The position numbers were made by a program, and so were the translations under genes. The notes below the pieces were generated by a model, which worked only from the letters and a program-made list of their open reading frames with translations, ran no database searches and was not told where the DNA came from. A DNA stretch of 64,000 nt, from the IMG/VR virus record IMGVR_UViG_3300029268_000005, one strand, 5' to 3'. Each line of letters starts with the position of its first letter. Within the stretch, counting starts at the first letter, position 1. The DNA is from an uncultured virus (IMG/VR IMGVR_UViG_3300029268_000005). Taxonomy: Duplodnaviria > Heunggongvirae > Uroviricota > Caudoviricetes. Of this stretch, positions 9,793 to 19,242 are shown in pieces.

Positions 9793-11301
9793 CTAACCTG
9801 TCAGATAGCCTTGAGCTGTAGCCGGTTCAGTTACAAGCCGATACTGTAGCGATTCTGCACCCGGCCCGACCCCAGGCTGATAGCCAGGAACAAGTGAGCC
9901 ATACGCATTGATGACAGGGTTAGGCACAGCGTAAGCATCTACAGATATGCCAACCGTGGCTGGAAACGAGCCTGCAGCCGGTATAAGACCTAGGTTGATG
10001 TAAGGCATGCTATAGGGATCAACACGAGCTGCCACAAATCTGAAGTACGGCCACGAACCCTCCGGCGTTGCCATAGAATACTGTGACACACGTTCTATGC
10101 TGGCCCAGTCATCACCGTAATCTCCGGCGTACCAGATGTGATAGTCCGTGAGCGCGAAGCTGCAGCCAGACAGATCAATCTCAAACACCAAGTTGCGTAT
10201 GCACTGCTGCGTATTGTTGCAGTAGGCTGCTGATAGCCACGCGTAGTTTGGTTGCTGCAGCTTGATCTCGGCTCGTAGTCGACGGTTATTTCGGCATGAT
10301 AGCTGTGCATTCCAGCGAGCTACGTTAGTTGCATAGATGTCTCGCACTGATTGCGCTCGGGCTACCATGTCTGCATAACGATCACGTAGCTTCCTGATGG
10401 CCTCGTAGCAGGCCAGGAAGTCATCGCACTCGCAACACGGCCCACAGTCGTTGTACAGCTGCAGCGTCGCCCCTCTGATTTCAACTTGCCTAGGGTCAGC
10501 TGAAAGCAGCGTGCGTATAGGCTGCTGCGCACGATAACAAGGATCCAAGTCTATTTTGAAGTTACCTCGTGCATCGCCTTCCGCTGAGTTGAGCTGCCGC
10601 AGGTAAACACTGTCTTCGCTGCAGTCGGCTGGATAACGTCCAGCACCCGCACCGGGTGTTGCGTGCAGCGTCAGTTTATTGCTGACTCGCAACGGCTGTG
10701 AGGCATAGCCAAATTCATTCGGCGGTGTATCAACAAGATCTACGGAGCTGGCTGTTAGGTCCAGCTTAGTGTTGTAGCCGCCACGCAGGACAACATTGCC
10801 AAAGACTGCCGTGCTGCCGATCTTAATGCTTCTGAGATCTGGCAGTACTTCTGAGCAAACACGCTCGTCTAACTGGCCTGTAGTGGGCTCGATGTATTGG
10901 TCATACGTTATGACAGTCTCGTCATCGGCCCACTCAAGGAAGACAACAAGCCTAAGAATGGTCTGACCAAGGCTCCACTGCAAGATACGAAAGCGTGTAC
11001 CCCAGTCGTTACTGCTGAACTCATCAGCTAGCAAGCTATTGAATACAACAACACCATTGGCGTCACTTATCTGGACGTCATACGTGTGCACCGGTGTAAT
11101 GGGCACTGTGACGACCTGATCGCCAAAGCCGTACAGCCAATCGATCTTGAAGGGACGTTGTAACTGATGCCCATCATCACTGTAGGCTAGATAGGCGTCT
11201 GCTATAAGCTGCTTGATATCGGCCGACGGCGCTACAAACGGGTAGTCGCTGCCGCTGAACGGCTGAATAACACCGATGCCCTGTCTGCCGAGTGTTGTCA
11301 T
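9793..11301 (-). CDS. Virion protein, YPF paralog family, with a PCCxC motif and coiled coil
   Basis: SDYPF; GNVVLRGGYN; GDARGNFKI; NDCGPCCECDD followed by a heptad helix. Confidence 0.6.
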   Translation of the reverse strand: MTTLGRQGIGVIQPFSGSDYPFVAPSADIKQLIADAYLAYSDDGHQLQRPFKIDWLYGFGDQVVTVPITPVHTYDVQISDANGVVVFNSLLADEFSSNDWGTRFRILQWSLGQTILRLVVFLEWADDETVITYDQYIEPTTGQLDERVCSEVLPDLRSIKIGSTAVFGNVVLRGGYNTKLDLTASSVDLVDTPPNEFGYASQPLRVSNKLTLHATPGAGAGRYPADCSEDSVYLRQLNSAEGDARGNFKIDLDPCYRAQQPIRTLLSADPRQVEIRGATLQLYNDCGPCCECDDFLACYEAIRKLRDRYADMVARAQSVRDIYATNVARWNAQLSCRNNRRLRAEIKLQQPNYAWLSAAYCNNTQQCIRNLVFEIDLSGCSFALTDYHIWYAGDYGDDWASIERVSQYSMATPEGSWPYFRFVAARVDPYSMPYINLGLIPAAGSFPATVGISVDAYAVPNPVINAYGSLVPGYQPGVGPGAESLQYRLVTEPATAQGYLTG

Positions 11302-11305
11302 ATAG

Positions 11306-12562
11306 CTATATGGTTACTAGGCCTGGTGTACGTCCTGAGAACTTCAGAAGATTGGCACGCACATACGGGATGTTGTTGAGCTCGTGCCATGGAGACGGGA
11401 AGTAGTTGTACTTACGCACCTCTTGGAACTTCACTGGAGTGCCTATGAAGCGTGCCTGCTCGGCATGAGTCCAATACAGAAACGAATTGGCATTCCAGAA
11501 GCTGCAATGTGTCGGATCTTGAAACGCACCACGACCATCCGTGCTCGGTGTATCGCTTAACAACCAGCCGTTGGGCGCTAGACAGCGATAGATCTCTCGC
11601 ATGGTGACCAGTGGATCGCGCAGGTGCTCAAGAGCGTCACTGGCACGGAATACACCAACAGACCCATCAGGGAATGGCCACGGTGCGCAATTAAGGTCAC
11701 GCTGTATGACACCCGGCGCTGGAAGTAGATCGATGCCCGTGAATTGCGCAGCCGGCAAGGGACCACTGCACAGGTCAATAGCTTCCAACGAATTGTCCCG
11801 ACACCAGCGCATAACCAATTCTGGCAGGTAGTGATCGCACATACCTACCGTGCCCTTCTGTATCCAATCATTCAGCTCCAGCCCTGCTGAGCTATTCTCG
11901 TCATGGTGATGCTGTATGTACAGACACTTGTCGATGTGGCGTACGTTACCAGACACGTATGTGCGGCATAGAAGGTCTTGATCATCTAGCGCCGGCAGCA
12001 GCGGATCGTGTCCCATTATCGTGTTGTAAAACGAGCTACGCCAAGCTCTGACATGGTTGGGCGCATACCATATGCGCGAGAAAGACGCAGGCGATGGTGG
12101 AAACGCAACAGCCTCCGCAAGCGCACGGCCTTCCCACTCAAACTGACGATACTGCCAGCCATGCTCGCTAGGGTACAACACAGGGCTGCCATCTTGATTG
12201 ACGTCACACCAGTTCGAATAGACAAAATCGATGCCAGGTTCAAACGCCGCGTACAGCTCTGCCAGTGCATTTGGTGTCAGCTCATCATCGTGGTCGACTT
12301 CAACCAGGAATTCGCCAGAAGCTAGCTTACAGCAGAACTTCTTTAGCGAGCCTATACCTGTGTTTCCTGCCGCGTCAAAATCAATGCACTTTATGTGTTG
12401 ACAACCGCTGGTCGCCAACAAGTTTCGAACATCGATTGCCTTGGCATCTTTGTTAGCAACGACAACCCACTCAAAGTCCTTGAATGTCTGTCGCGACAAG
12501 CTCTGCGCTAATCGCCGAATATTGGCAGGATTATGCGTAGGCGTAAAGATACTGAATCGCAT
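11306..12562 (-). CDS. GT2 glycosyltransferase fused to a class I SAM methyltransferase-like domain
   Basis: FSIFTPTHN, QTFKDFEWVVV, EVDHDD (DxD), DDQDLLCR; C-terminal IDLCSG, WPFPDGSV, LEHL, EIYRCLAPNG, FQDPTH. Confidence 0.88.
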   Translation of the reverse strand: MRFSIFTPTHNPANIRRLAQSLSRQTFKDFEWVVVANKDAKAIDVRNLLATSGCQHIKCIDFDAAGNTGIGSLKKFCCKLASGEFLVEVDHDDELTPNALAELYAAFEPGIDFVYSNWCDVNQDGSPVLYPSEHGWQYRQFEWEGRALAEAVAFPPSPASFSRIWYAPNHVRAWRSSFYNTIMGHDPLLPALDDQDLLCRTYVSGNVRHIDKCLYIQHHHDENSSAGLELNDWIQKGTVGMCDHYLPELVMRWCRDNSLEAIDLCSGPLPAAQFTGIDLLPAPGVIQRDLNCAPWPFPDGSVGVFRASDALEHLRDPLVTMREIYRCLAPNGWLLSDTPSTDGRGAFQDPTHCSFWNANSFLYWTHAEQARFIGTPVKFQEVRKYNYFPSPWHELNNIPYVRANLLKFSGRTPGLVTI

Positions 12563-12589
12563 GATTTAACCCCTCAATGTTGTTGTCGG

Positions 12590-13024
12590 TCAGTCAGGAT
12601 TGACTGATTCTTCCACACCTAGCGCAGCCTCAAGACCTGCGATAGTTGCTTCTGTAGCTGCGATAGCTGCAACGTCAGGCGTTGACGCCGCCTGCAGCTT
12701 AGCAAGAACAGCAGTGTAGTAGCTGTGATAGTAGATTTTGGCAGCAAGCTCGGTCACTGTCTGAAGCATAGCCGCGACAGCAGGAAACTTGATAGCCTCG
12801 GCGAAGATGTCATGAATAAGAACCTTCTTGGTCAGCTCGGAGTCCCAGGCAATTTCCTTGCTGGCAAAGTTATACGGCTGGAACATCAGGGACATCCGCT
12901 GTGTCAGTGGGTCTCGTTTCGACACACTTACAAGCATCGCCGTCAGATACAGCTCGTTGAACGTCTTGCTTTCGACCGCAGGCAGTACAGTCGCTTCGGC
13001 GCTCGGTATCGGCGTTAGGTCCAT
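12590..13024 (-). CDS. Hypothetical protein, possibly a fibre chaperone or rSAM partner
   Basis: Start moved to MDLTPIPS (ATG 13024, GGAG RBS); overlaps the rSAM C-terminal tail. Confidence 0.55.
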   Translation of the reverse strand: MDLTPIPSAEATVLPAVESKTFNELYLTAMLVSVSKRDPLTQRMSLMFQPYNFASKEIAWDSELTKKVLIHDIFAEAIKFPAVAAMLQTVTELAAKIYYHSYYTAVLAKLQAASTPDVAAIAATEATIAGLEAALGVEESVNPD

Positions 13025-14183
13025 TAGTGGCTCCATTCTTGTTTCTAGGCTTACGTTTAGGCACGTCACGATTTGGTCTTGAATCTAGGCTTGCTTGCCA
13101 CCAGTTAGGATTCAACTCACGAAGCTGTAGATCAATCCAATGTACAATCTTAGCCGACTCTTGCTTGAATCGACAGTATACAGGGTTGGGCTTTGACATG
13201 TCGCCCGTAGTCTTATAGTTGATATGATAGCAGCCGGAATCGCAACTACGTACAGCAACGCAGCCGGCACACATGGCTGGGCGTTCTAGGCTTACGACTT
13301 TGTGTAATCCACACTTTGCAATGTTACCATAGCCTCTATCTTTGTAATCGAGTATCTCTCTTAGCGTTCCACGGCAGAACGGCCCATCAGCCGGTTCGCT
13401 GCTAAACCGATGACAAAGATAGACATTGCCTTCGCAAGATACACAAGCCATGTTACGGCCAGCGCCGCAACCCATGCGGTGTATAAAATCATGCTGTTTT
13501 GACTTGAATGTAGCGCAAGCCCTATCAATCCAGAACAGGCGAAAGCCCTTACCGGTCTTTTTGAAGTCCTCTACAAACTCAATGCCCAGCTGCCACAGCT
13601 GTTGACAGAATATCTCTATGTTTTCAGCTGACCAGTCCGGATAGTAGTCGGGCTGTGGCGACATGCCTTTGACAAAGCCCAAGGACTGAAAGTAGTGCAT
13701 AGACTCGATAATGTACTTGGCAGCCTGCGGTGCGATCGTACTGCGACGAGTCTTGCCATAGTCTTTCCACAACAGGGTGGCTTTGTTGTAGCGTTCTAGG
13801 GCTTTGACTCCTCGCCCATCTGCCACGGCAGCAGGACAGCCGTCCACAGACCGCTGCACACTCAGCTTATTACGTTTGCAGTATTCGAAGATCTCTACGT
13901 CGTCAGATAGGCCGTTACTCATAACAGAAAAATGAGTTCCAGCCCCTCTTGATTTCAATGTGTCGACAAGATACTTAAGACTGTCAAACGCCAGCAAAGG
14001 TTCCCCGCCGTACAGCTGCAACTTACCTAGACGACCGCGCATGGTTATCTCGATCACGTCGTCCAACACAGCCTTCGACATGTCTACATTGGTTTTATGC
14101 TGTCCGAGATAGCAATAAGGGCAGTCAAGATTGCATCGCCTGGTGAGCTCGATGTCTAGTGAACGAATGCCGGAAAAACCCAT
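12870..14183 (-). CDS. Radical SAM/SPASM-domain protein (peptide/protein maturase type)
   Basis: CNLDCPYC (CxxxCxxC); YGGEPLL; SVDG; SPASM cysteines CGAG..GNVYLCHRF..CAGCVAVRSCDSGC..C. Confidence 0.92.
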   Translation of the reverse strand: MGFSGIRSLDIELTRRCNLDCPYCYLGQHKTNVDMSKAVLDDVIEITMRGRLGKLQLYGGEPLLAFDSLKYLVDTLKSRGAGTHFSVMSNGLSDDVEIFEYCKRNKLSVQRSVDGCPAAVADGRGVKALERYNKATLLWKDYGKTRRSTIAPQAAKYIIESMHYFQSLGFVKGMSPQPDYYPDWSAENIEIFCQQLWQLGIEFVEDFKKTGKGFRLFWIDRACATFKSKQHDFIHRMGCGAGRNMACVSCEGNVYLCHRFSSEPADGPFCRGTLREILDYKDRGYGNIAKCGLHKVVSLERPAMCAGCVAVRSCDSGCYHINYKTTGDMSKPNPVYCRFKQESAKIVHWIDLQLRELNPNWWQASLDSRPNRDVPKRKPRNKNGATNGPNADTERRSDCTACGRKQDVQRAVSDGDACKCVETRPTDTADVPDVPAV

Positions 14184-14194
14184 AAAACCCCTCC

Positions 14195-14220
14195 AGATTT
14201 AATTAGCGCTAATTACATCT
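14195..14220. promoter_or_regulatory. Palindrome copy 1 (core TAATTAGCGCTAATTA, 14200-14215)
   Basis: AGATTTAATTAGCGCTAATTACATCT, between the collagen/Cys gene stop and the rSAM RBS. Confidence 0.85.
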
Positions 14221-14231
14221 CCGCCGGGTCA

Positions 14232-15941
14232 CTAGTCGTCTGGATCGCAAGTGCACGCAGGATCCCTGCCGCAGCCTTCATCCTCAGGACATGGTATGTC
14301 TGCACAGTCGGGATCACAACCCTCACATGTGCAGTCTACGCAATTAGGCTCACAGCCTGTCTGTTCGCACACGCAATCAGTACAGTTAGGCTCACATTCC
14401 TCGCAATGGCAATCTTCCGGAGATCCGCATTCGTCACCATCGCAGTCACAGTTACAGTCACCAGTACTGCAATTAGGCGAGCAGCTGCCGCCAGATTCAT
14501 TGCTACAATCAGCTGCGGCGCAGTTAGGCCAACAGGCCTCCTCGTGATCGCAGTCAACCGGATCGTCTTCAGGACAGCCATCATCTGTGTCACACTGGCA
14601 CGTAGGGTCAGATCCACAGTGCTGAAATGTTTGAGAGATCTCGGTAACAGAAATGCTTGCACTCCATGAATAGCGTGCAGCAGCCAAACCCTGGCACCAT
14701 ATCGTCAGATACGGCCCTTCTTCAGGAGTTGCTGAAGGATTAACCGGTGAGACAGTTACCTCCATCCCAAGACTTGCAACAGAGCTATCATCGGTGAACA
14801 ATACTTCGTTAGTAGGCGAGCCAACAAGCTCAGCCACACCGTCACTAGCCATCTTAACCACGCCACGCATTTCCCATACGGTTGAGTATCGACTATAGTC
14901 GATAGCACCAGCGTGAATTACAAAAGCCCACAGCTTGTCAGCCGTCATCTGTAGTCTACTACCGTTTAGGGTTATTTCTGTCCAGTTATCATCTTCCGTC
15001 TGTGCATAGCCTACGGCTGTAAAGCGACGCACATACGGACCAATTCCCTGAGCAACTGAGGCAAAAATATCGTTTTTTGTGAATAACCCTGATGTTATCC
15101 CGTACGGTGCAGTGACATTATTGGTATAGCCGGAGACTGCAGCGTAGCGGGCCTCGCCGGCTATACTGTTAGCAAAGCCGCCCAAAACAGCACTGTAATC
15201 GCCTAGGTTTAAGTTGCTGACGCCGCCCAGGATAGCCGCATTTTCACCACTTAAGATATTTGATTGGCCTCCGAGAATTGCAGCACTTGTTCCAGTGTTC
15301 TCGTTATAATATCCGCCCAGCAGTGCCGAATATTCGCCGCGAGCTCTTTGATTGTCGTTACCGCTTAGAAGTTGCAGATCTACTGATCGATGACCTAGAT
15401 TTGTGGTTCCGCCTGTTCTAATGCTGCCTGTGCCGTTGGGGGTTAAGATTATGTCTTTGTTGCCCGTTGTAGTGACAATAGCGTATCCGGCTGTATTCAA
15501 GTTAGCCGTCAACGTGCTTGTCACGCCGCCTTGCGGTCCTTGTGCGCCCTGCGCACCTTGTGCGCCCTGCGCACCTTGTGCGCCGTTATTTCCCTGATTG
15601 CCTTTAAGACCCTGCACACCCTGTGTACCTTGCGTACCTTGGCTGCCCGCAGCCCCGGTAGCGCCCTGGACGCCTTGTGTGCCTGCGCCAGTGGCCCCTT
15701 GAGCCCCTTGGCTGCCTTGAGCGCCCTGTACACCTTGTGTGCCTTGAACACCCTGACTTCCAGCAGCACCACCTGCACCCTGAGCCCCCTGCGGACCTTG
15801 CGTACCTTCGCCACCGCCACCGGACTCTAGTGCGTCAGCAATGGCTATGAAGTTGTCATTCAACGCCGAGCCGGCAGCGCCAGTGGGCGTTGGCGAGACA
15901 ATGAGCAGTCCTTTGTAGTATTGCAGCGTCGGTGTAGACAT
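14232..15941 (-). CDS. Collagen-like tail-fibre/adhesin protein with beta-roll repeats and a C-terminal Cys/Asp/Glu-rich domain
   Basis: About 30 G-X-Q triplets; SA(I/L/V)LGGxxN repeats; the last 128 aa contain 30 Cys and 38 D/E. Confidence 0.8.
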   Translation of the reverse strand: MSTPTLQYYKGLLIVSPTPTGAAGSALNDNFIAIADALESGGGGEGTQGPQGAQGAGGAAGSQGVQGTQGVQGAQGSQGAQGATGAGTQGVQGATGAAGSQGTQGTQGVQGLKGNQGNNGAQGAQGAQGAQGAQGPQGGVTSTLTANLNTAGYAIVTTTGNKDIILTPNGTGSIRTGGTTNLGHRSVDLQLLSGNDNQRARGEYSALLGGYYNENTGTSAAILGGQSNILSGENAAILGGVSNLNLGDYSAVLGGFANSIAGEARYAAVSGYTNNVTAPYGITSGLFTKNDIFASVAQGIGPYVRRFTAVGYAQTEDDNWTEITLNGSRLQMTADKLWAFVIHAGAIDYSRYSTVWEMRGVVKMASDGVAELVGSPTNEVLFTDDSSVASLGMEVTVSPVNPSATPEEGPYLTIWCQGLAAARYSWSASISVTEISQTFQHCGSDPTCQCDTDDGCPEDDPVDCDHEEACWPNCAAADCSNESGGSCSPNCSTGDCNCDCDGDECGSPEDCHCEECEPNCTDCVCEQTGCEPNCVDCTCEGCDPDCADIPCPEDEGCGRDPACTCDPDD

Positions 15942-15962
15942 CTATCAACCTCCGTGTTTAGT

Positions 15963-16202
15963 TCAAGCCAACAACTGACACCGCAAACAAGGCGGGTGCA
16001 CTTTTGCACCACATCCGGGACAACGCACAGGATCTTTGGTCGCATCAGGATAATGAATCATAACCGACGTGTCGTCAATGACAACAACGTCCTCAACTGT
16101 GCCCAATACATCGTAGATGTCAGAGAGGTCACACAACAATTTACGCTGAATACGCACCGGCGTATAGCCTTGAGCACTCAGGTCAACAATTGTGTACGCC
16201 AT
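15963..16202 (-). CDS. Small protein with a C-terminal zinc ribbon
   Basis: Start MAYTIV (AAGGAG RBS); RCPGCG..PCLRC. Confidence 0.6.
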   Translation of the reverse strand: MAYTIVDLSAQGYTPVRIQRKLLCDLSDIYDVLGTVEDVVVIDDTSVMIHYPDATKDPVRCPGCGAKVHPPCLRCQLLA

Positions 16203-16210
16203 CTCCTTAG

Positions 16211-16471
16211 TTAAGCATTTGACGATTGCGCCGGCGGATGGGGCCATGTCTGTGTTTGTCCTCTGTCTGGCGGCGGCGTGCCGTCAATGTATTCTTGTAA
16301 CGTAGGCGACGGTAGTGGAGTTACTAGTGGCTGTGTGTTGAGTCGTGCCGCACCCACTTGTCGTCTAGGCTCAGGATTTATCCACTGCGGCATAAGCCCG
16401 CGACGTTGCATGTAGTGATCCATTGCGGCAACAGACGACAAATCTAATGGAAACTCATGCACGTTGGCCAT
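16211..16471 (-). CDS. Hypothetical Pro-rich protein
   Basis: 86 aa, tightly packed in the operon. Confidence 0.5.
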   Translation of the reverse strand: MANVHEFPLDLSSVAAMDHYMQRRGLMPQWINPEPRRQVGAARLNTQPLVTPLPSPTLQEYIDGTPPPDRGQTQTWPHPPAQSSNA

Positions 16472-16473
16472 TA

Positions 16474-17424
16474 TCAGCTACCTGTTATACAGCCTCTATC
16501 TTGCAGCTTAGATCCAAGTACGACTTGATCCATCTGAGCCACACGAGCTTCCAAACTAACCAAGAAATTCTCTAACGTGGTGGCCTGTCTGCCAAACTGT
16601 TCCATTGCCTGAGTCAACGTCTCTAGTTCACTGCAACCGCAGCAAGGTGTTGAGCACGGGTTTGTCAGCTTGAGACCATTGATCATTGTCTCAACCTGCA
16701 AGCACTCAGAACCTAGCAGTGTTAGTCTACCGTTGGCATCAGGCCTGATACCGTTGACGTTTCTGATCGGCGGCGATAATGCGTTACCAATGCATACGCA
16801 ATCGTCATTCAGGCCTTCACCGTCTATTGCGTCTACAACTATCTCAGGATCTGCACCCTCGGCCTGTACAACAGTGAATCGTATGTTTCTACCGGCGCTC
16901 AACACCACGGTGCCAGTCAGAACTTCACTACGCTCCTGACCATTCTGTACGATCACGCCACTGACACCACGAATACTCGGACGAACACAATCAGGCTCTA
17001 TGATCGTGGCGGTAGGATTGAACGTGAATATGCCAGCAGGCTGCTGCACAATATTAGAAAGATCACCCACAACGATATGGCCTGTGGCGTCATAGAAGTC
17101 ACCTTGGCCTAGTAGTCTGTATGACTGCCCATAGGTGTGTGTCGTAGCCGCAAGCATTGCCGACGCTACAGTGGTTGTGGTCGAGCCGTTGTAGTAACCG
17201 ATGACAATGTTGTAACCTGTCGTAAACGCACCAAGAGTGGATACGTAGAATCCGGCAGGATTTACAGAGACACCGGCATTAAGCGACAGATGCAACGATA
17301 GGAGAAAGTCGTTAGGAATGCTAAACGCACCACTTTGGTCTACACCGGCAGCATCAGCCGTCAACGGATAGCGCCGGCTGGCGTTGTGATTCAACCATTC
17401 AAGATTGCGTAAACCAATGGCCAT
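16474..17424 (-). CDS. Virion protein, WxNxNxxRxYP paralog family, with a PCCxC motif and coiled coil
   Basis: WLNHNASRRYPL; TGTVVLSAGRNI; IRNVNGIRPDANGRL; NPCSTPCCGC followed by heptads. Confidence 0.6.
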   Translation of the reverse strand: MAIGLRNLEWLNHNASRRYPLTADAAGVDQSGAFSIPNDFLLSLHLSLNAGVSVNPAGFYVSTLGAFTTGYNIVIGYYNGSTTTTVASAMLAATTHTYGQSYRLLGQGDFYDATGHIVVGDLSNIVQQPAGIFTFNPTATIIEPDCVRPSIRGVSGVIVQNGQERSEVLTGTVVLSAGRNIRFTVVQAEGADPEIVVDAIDGEGLNDDCVCIGNALSPPIRNVNGIRPDANGRLTLLGSECLQVETMINGLKLTNPCSTPCCGCSELETLTQAMEQFGRQATTLENFLVSLEARVAQMDQVVLGSKLQDRGCITGS

Positions 17425-17432
17425 AAAGCTAC

Positions 17433-19232
17433 CTATTGGGAAATGCTCAGCACACCGGCCTGACGAATCACATGCAGTTCACCGCTGTAGGCATCTGTCG
17501 ATAATCGCTGCAGCGTAAAGAACACGGTGTCGCCAGCCACAACAGAAATTGCAGCAGACTCAGCAGTAAACACCTGATTGGACGAGGCAAGCGTAATGCC
17601 GGCATCAATCGACGACGCTGAGTCAGCCGTTGGCAGCGCAGCAGCAGTGAGCAGGGCGCTGTCCCTAGACAATACACGATATGTGAGACTGAACACATCG
17701 TCTGGAACAGTGCCTGTCGTACGCCCAAGCAATTGAAGCCTGAGCTTGAGTACAGTGCCTTCTGGCAAGGTCTGTTTGGCAGGCACCGATATACGACCAC
17801 GATAGGCAGCTTGTCTTCCGGCAGGGAAGCCAAGACCCATCACCTCTTCGTAGTACTCGTCTGTGACACCATCAAGGCGCACCGTGTCCACCTGCAGCTC
17901 AGTATTCGTCAGATCGTTATCGACGAATATGCTGACCTTACCCTGGACCGATCCATCTTCGTTAGTGACGTCACCAGTTAGAGTCACGTTGTCACTACCA
18001 GCCACGACAGATTCAACCATCGGGCCTTTAATGAACGTGCCGGCATCGGTCAGACCTTTGAGCGCCGTGTAGCCTGCAGTGTCCTCTGTCTGCACTGTCA
18101 GGGCCAGCTGCAGACCTATCACAAGATGGCCAGTTCCAGCCGTATCGTCAGTGCCGGCGCAAGTGATAGTCAGCGGACTACCGTCTTTTACGGTTAGACT
18201 GAGTACCGCCGTCTGCAGACTGTAGAACAGCGGCAAGCTGAACCACAGCGTCATGCTAGATTGCAGCGCACGCGGGCATTCACAGACTTCCGACACACCC
18301 TCACTGATGCTGTCAGGCACTGTAGGCCACGGCACGTCACCAAAGCAGTTGCTCATCCACCATATGCCGTTGCGATCAATGACAACAAGCTCGTCAGCGC
18401 CTGTGGGAACTAGCGTACCGAGTACAGCAAAGTCCTCACCACGATTCCACAGCAGCACAGCGCTTTCGACAGGCAGCGGCGGCCACAGGGCACTGAACGA
18501 TGAGGCTGCGATGTTGTAACCAAACTGCGCACCCAGCGGGGCCAGTCCACCAAAGCTTGGATCATCAGCAGGCAGCCAACCTTCAATGTCCGTGTCTGCG
18601 GTTACAGACCATCGTGAATCAGCAAGCACGCTTTCACCAGCAGGCACACACTGCAGAGAGAACTTATGGTGCTTATGGCCATCCAGCAGTGCACGCGGCA
18701 GAGGGTTAACGTATATCAACCACGTGCTTGTTGTGGCTGACTCCATCACAGTTAGTACGGGCACGCTAACGCCGGGTTCTTGCCGTACAAGCTTGCCGGC
18801 CTGCATAGGCGACAAGTAGTAGTCGCCAGGCACTACCGTATCGTCAATCGCCAGAGACATGTCAACAATGTACATGCCAAACAAAAGAACATCACCGTTC
18901 TCGCTGCTGTTTTTGGTGATGCACACTCCGCGCACCTTGGCAGACTCGGCCAAGCTAAGCACCCCTGTAGCTGCGTCAACCGCCACAGACGCCAATGCCG
19001 GTTCGTAGCGATGGTTGGTTGTGTTGTAGTACACAGGCCGACCAACGGCTACGGCAGACGACATATTTTTGGCTCGATCAATTACGGTGGAGCCTGCTGA
19101 AATCGTGTCTAGCAACGACTTCAGATGGTCTATGTTGCCTTTCAGCTCCAACGTGGGTCGATTTGTAACACCGCCACGTACGGCCTCACCGTCGCGAACC
19201 GTTCTGATTAGCGTCTGATAGCTCATGGGCAT
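17433..19232 (-). CDS. Putative baseplate/fibre structural protein
   Basis: 599 aa, beta-rich; lies between baseplate and fibre genes. Confidence 0.55.
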   Translation of the reverse strand: MPMSYQTLIRTVRDGEAVRGGVTNRPTLELKGNIDHLKSLLDTISAGSTVIDRAKNMSSAVAVGRPVYYNTTNHRYEPALASVAVDAATGVLSLAESAKVRGVCITKNSSENGDVLLFGMYIVDMSLAIDDTVVPGDYYLSPMQAGKLVRQEPGVSVPVLTVMESATTSTWLIYVNPLPRALLDGHKHHKFSLQCVPAGESVLADSRWSVTADTDIEGWLPADDPSFGGLAPLGAQFGYNIAASSFSALWPPLPVESAVLLWNRGEDFAVLGTLVPTGADELVVIDRNGIWWMSNCFGDVPWPTVPDSISEGVSEVCECPRALQSSMTLWFSLPLFYSLQTAVLSLTVKDGSPLTITCAGTDDTAGTGHLVIGLQLALTVQTEDTAGYTALKGLTDAGTFIKGPMVESVVAGSDNVTLTGDVTNEDGSVQGKVSIFVDNDLTNTELQVDTVRLDGVTDEYYEEVMGLGFPAGRQAAYRGRISVPAKQTLPEGTVLKLRLQLLGRTTGTVPDDVFSLTYRVLSRDSALLTAAALPTADSASSIDAGITLASSNQVFTAESAAISVVAGDTVFFTLQRLSTDAYSGELHVIRQAGVLSISQ

Positions 19233-19242
19233 CCGTCCGTGT

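Noticed and set aside
14200..14215. Palindrome as a six-frame stop linker or synthetic artefact
   Set aside because: It has stops in only two of three frames per strand, and its arms vary naturally between copies.
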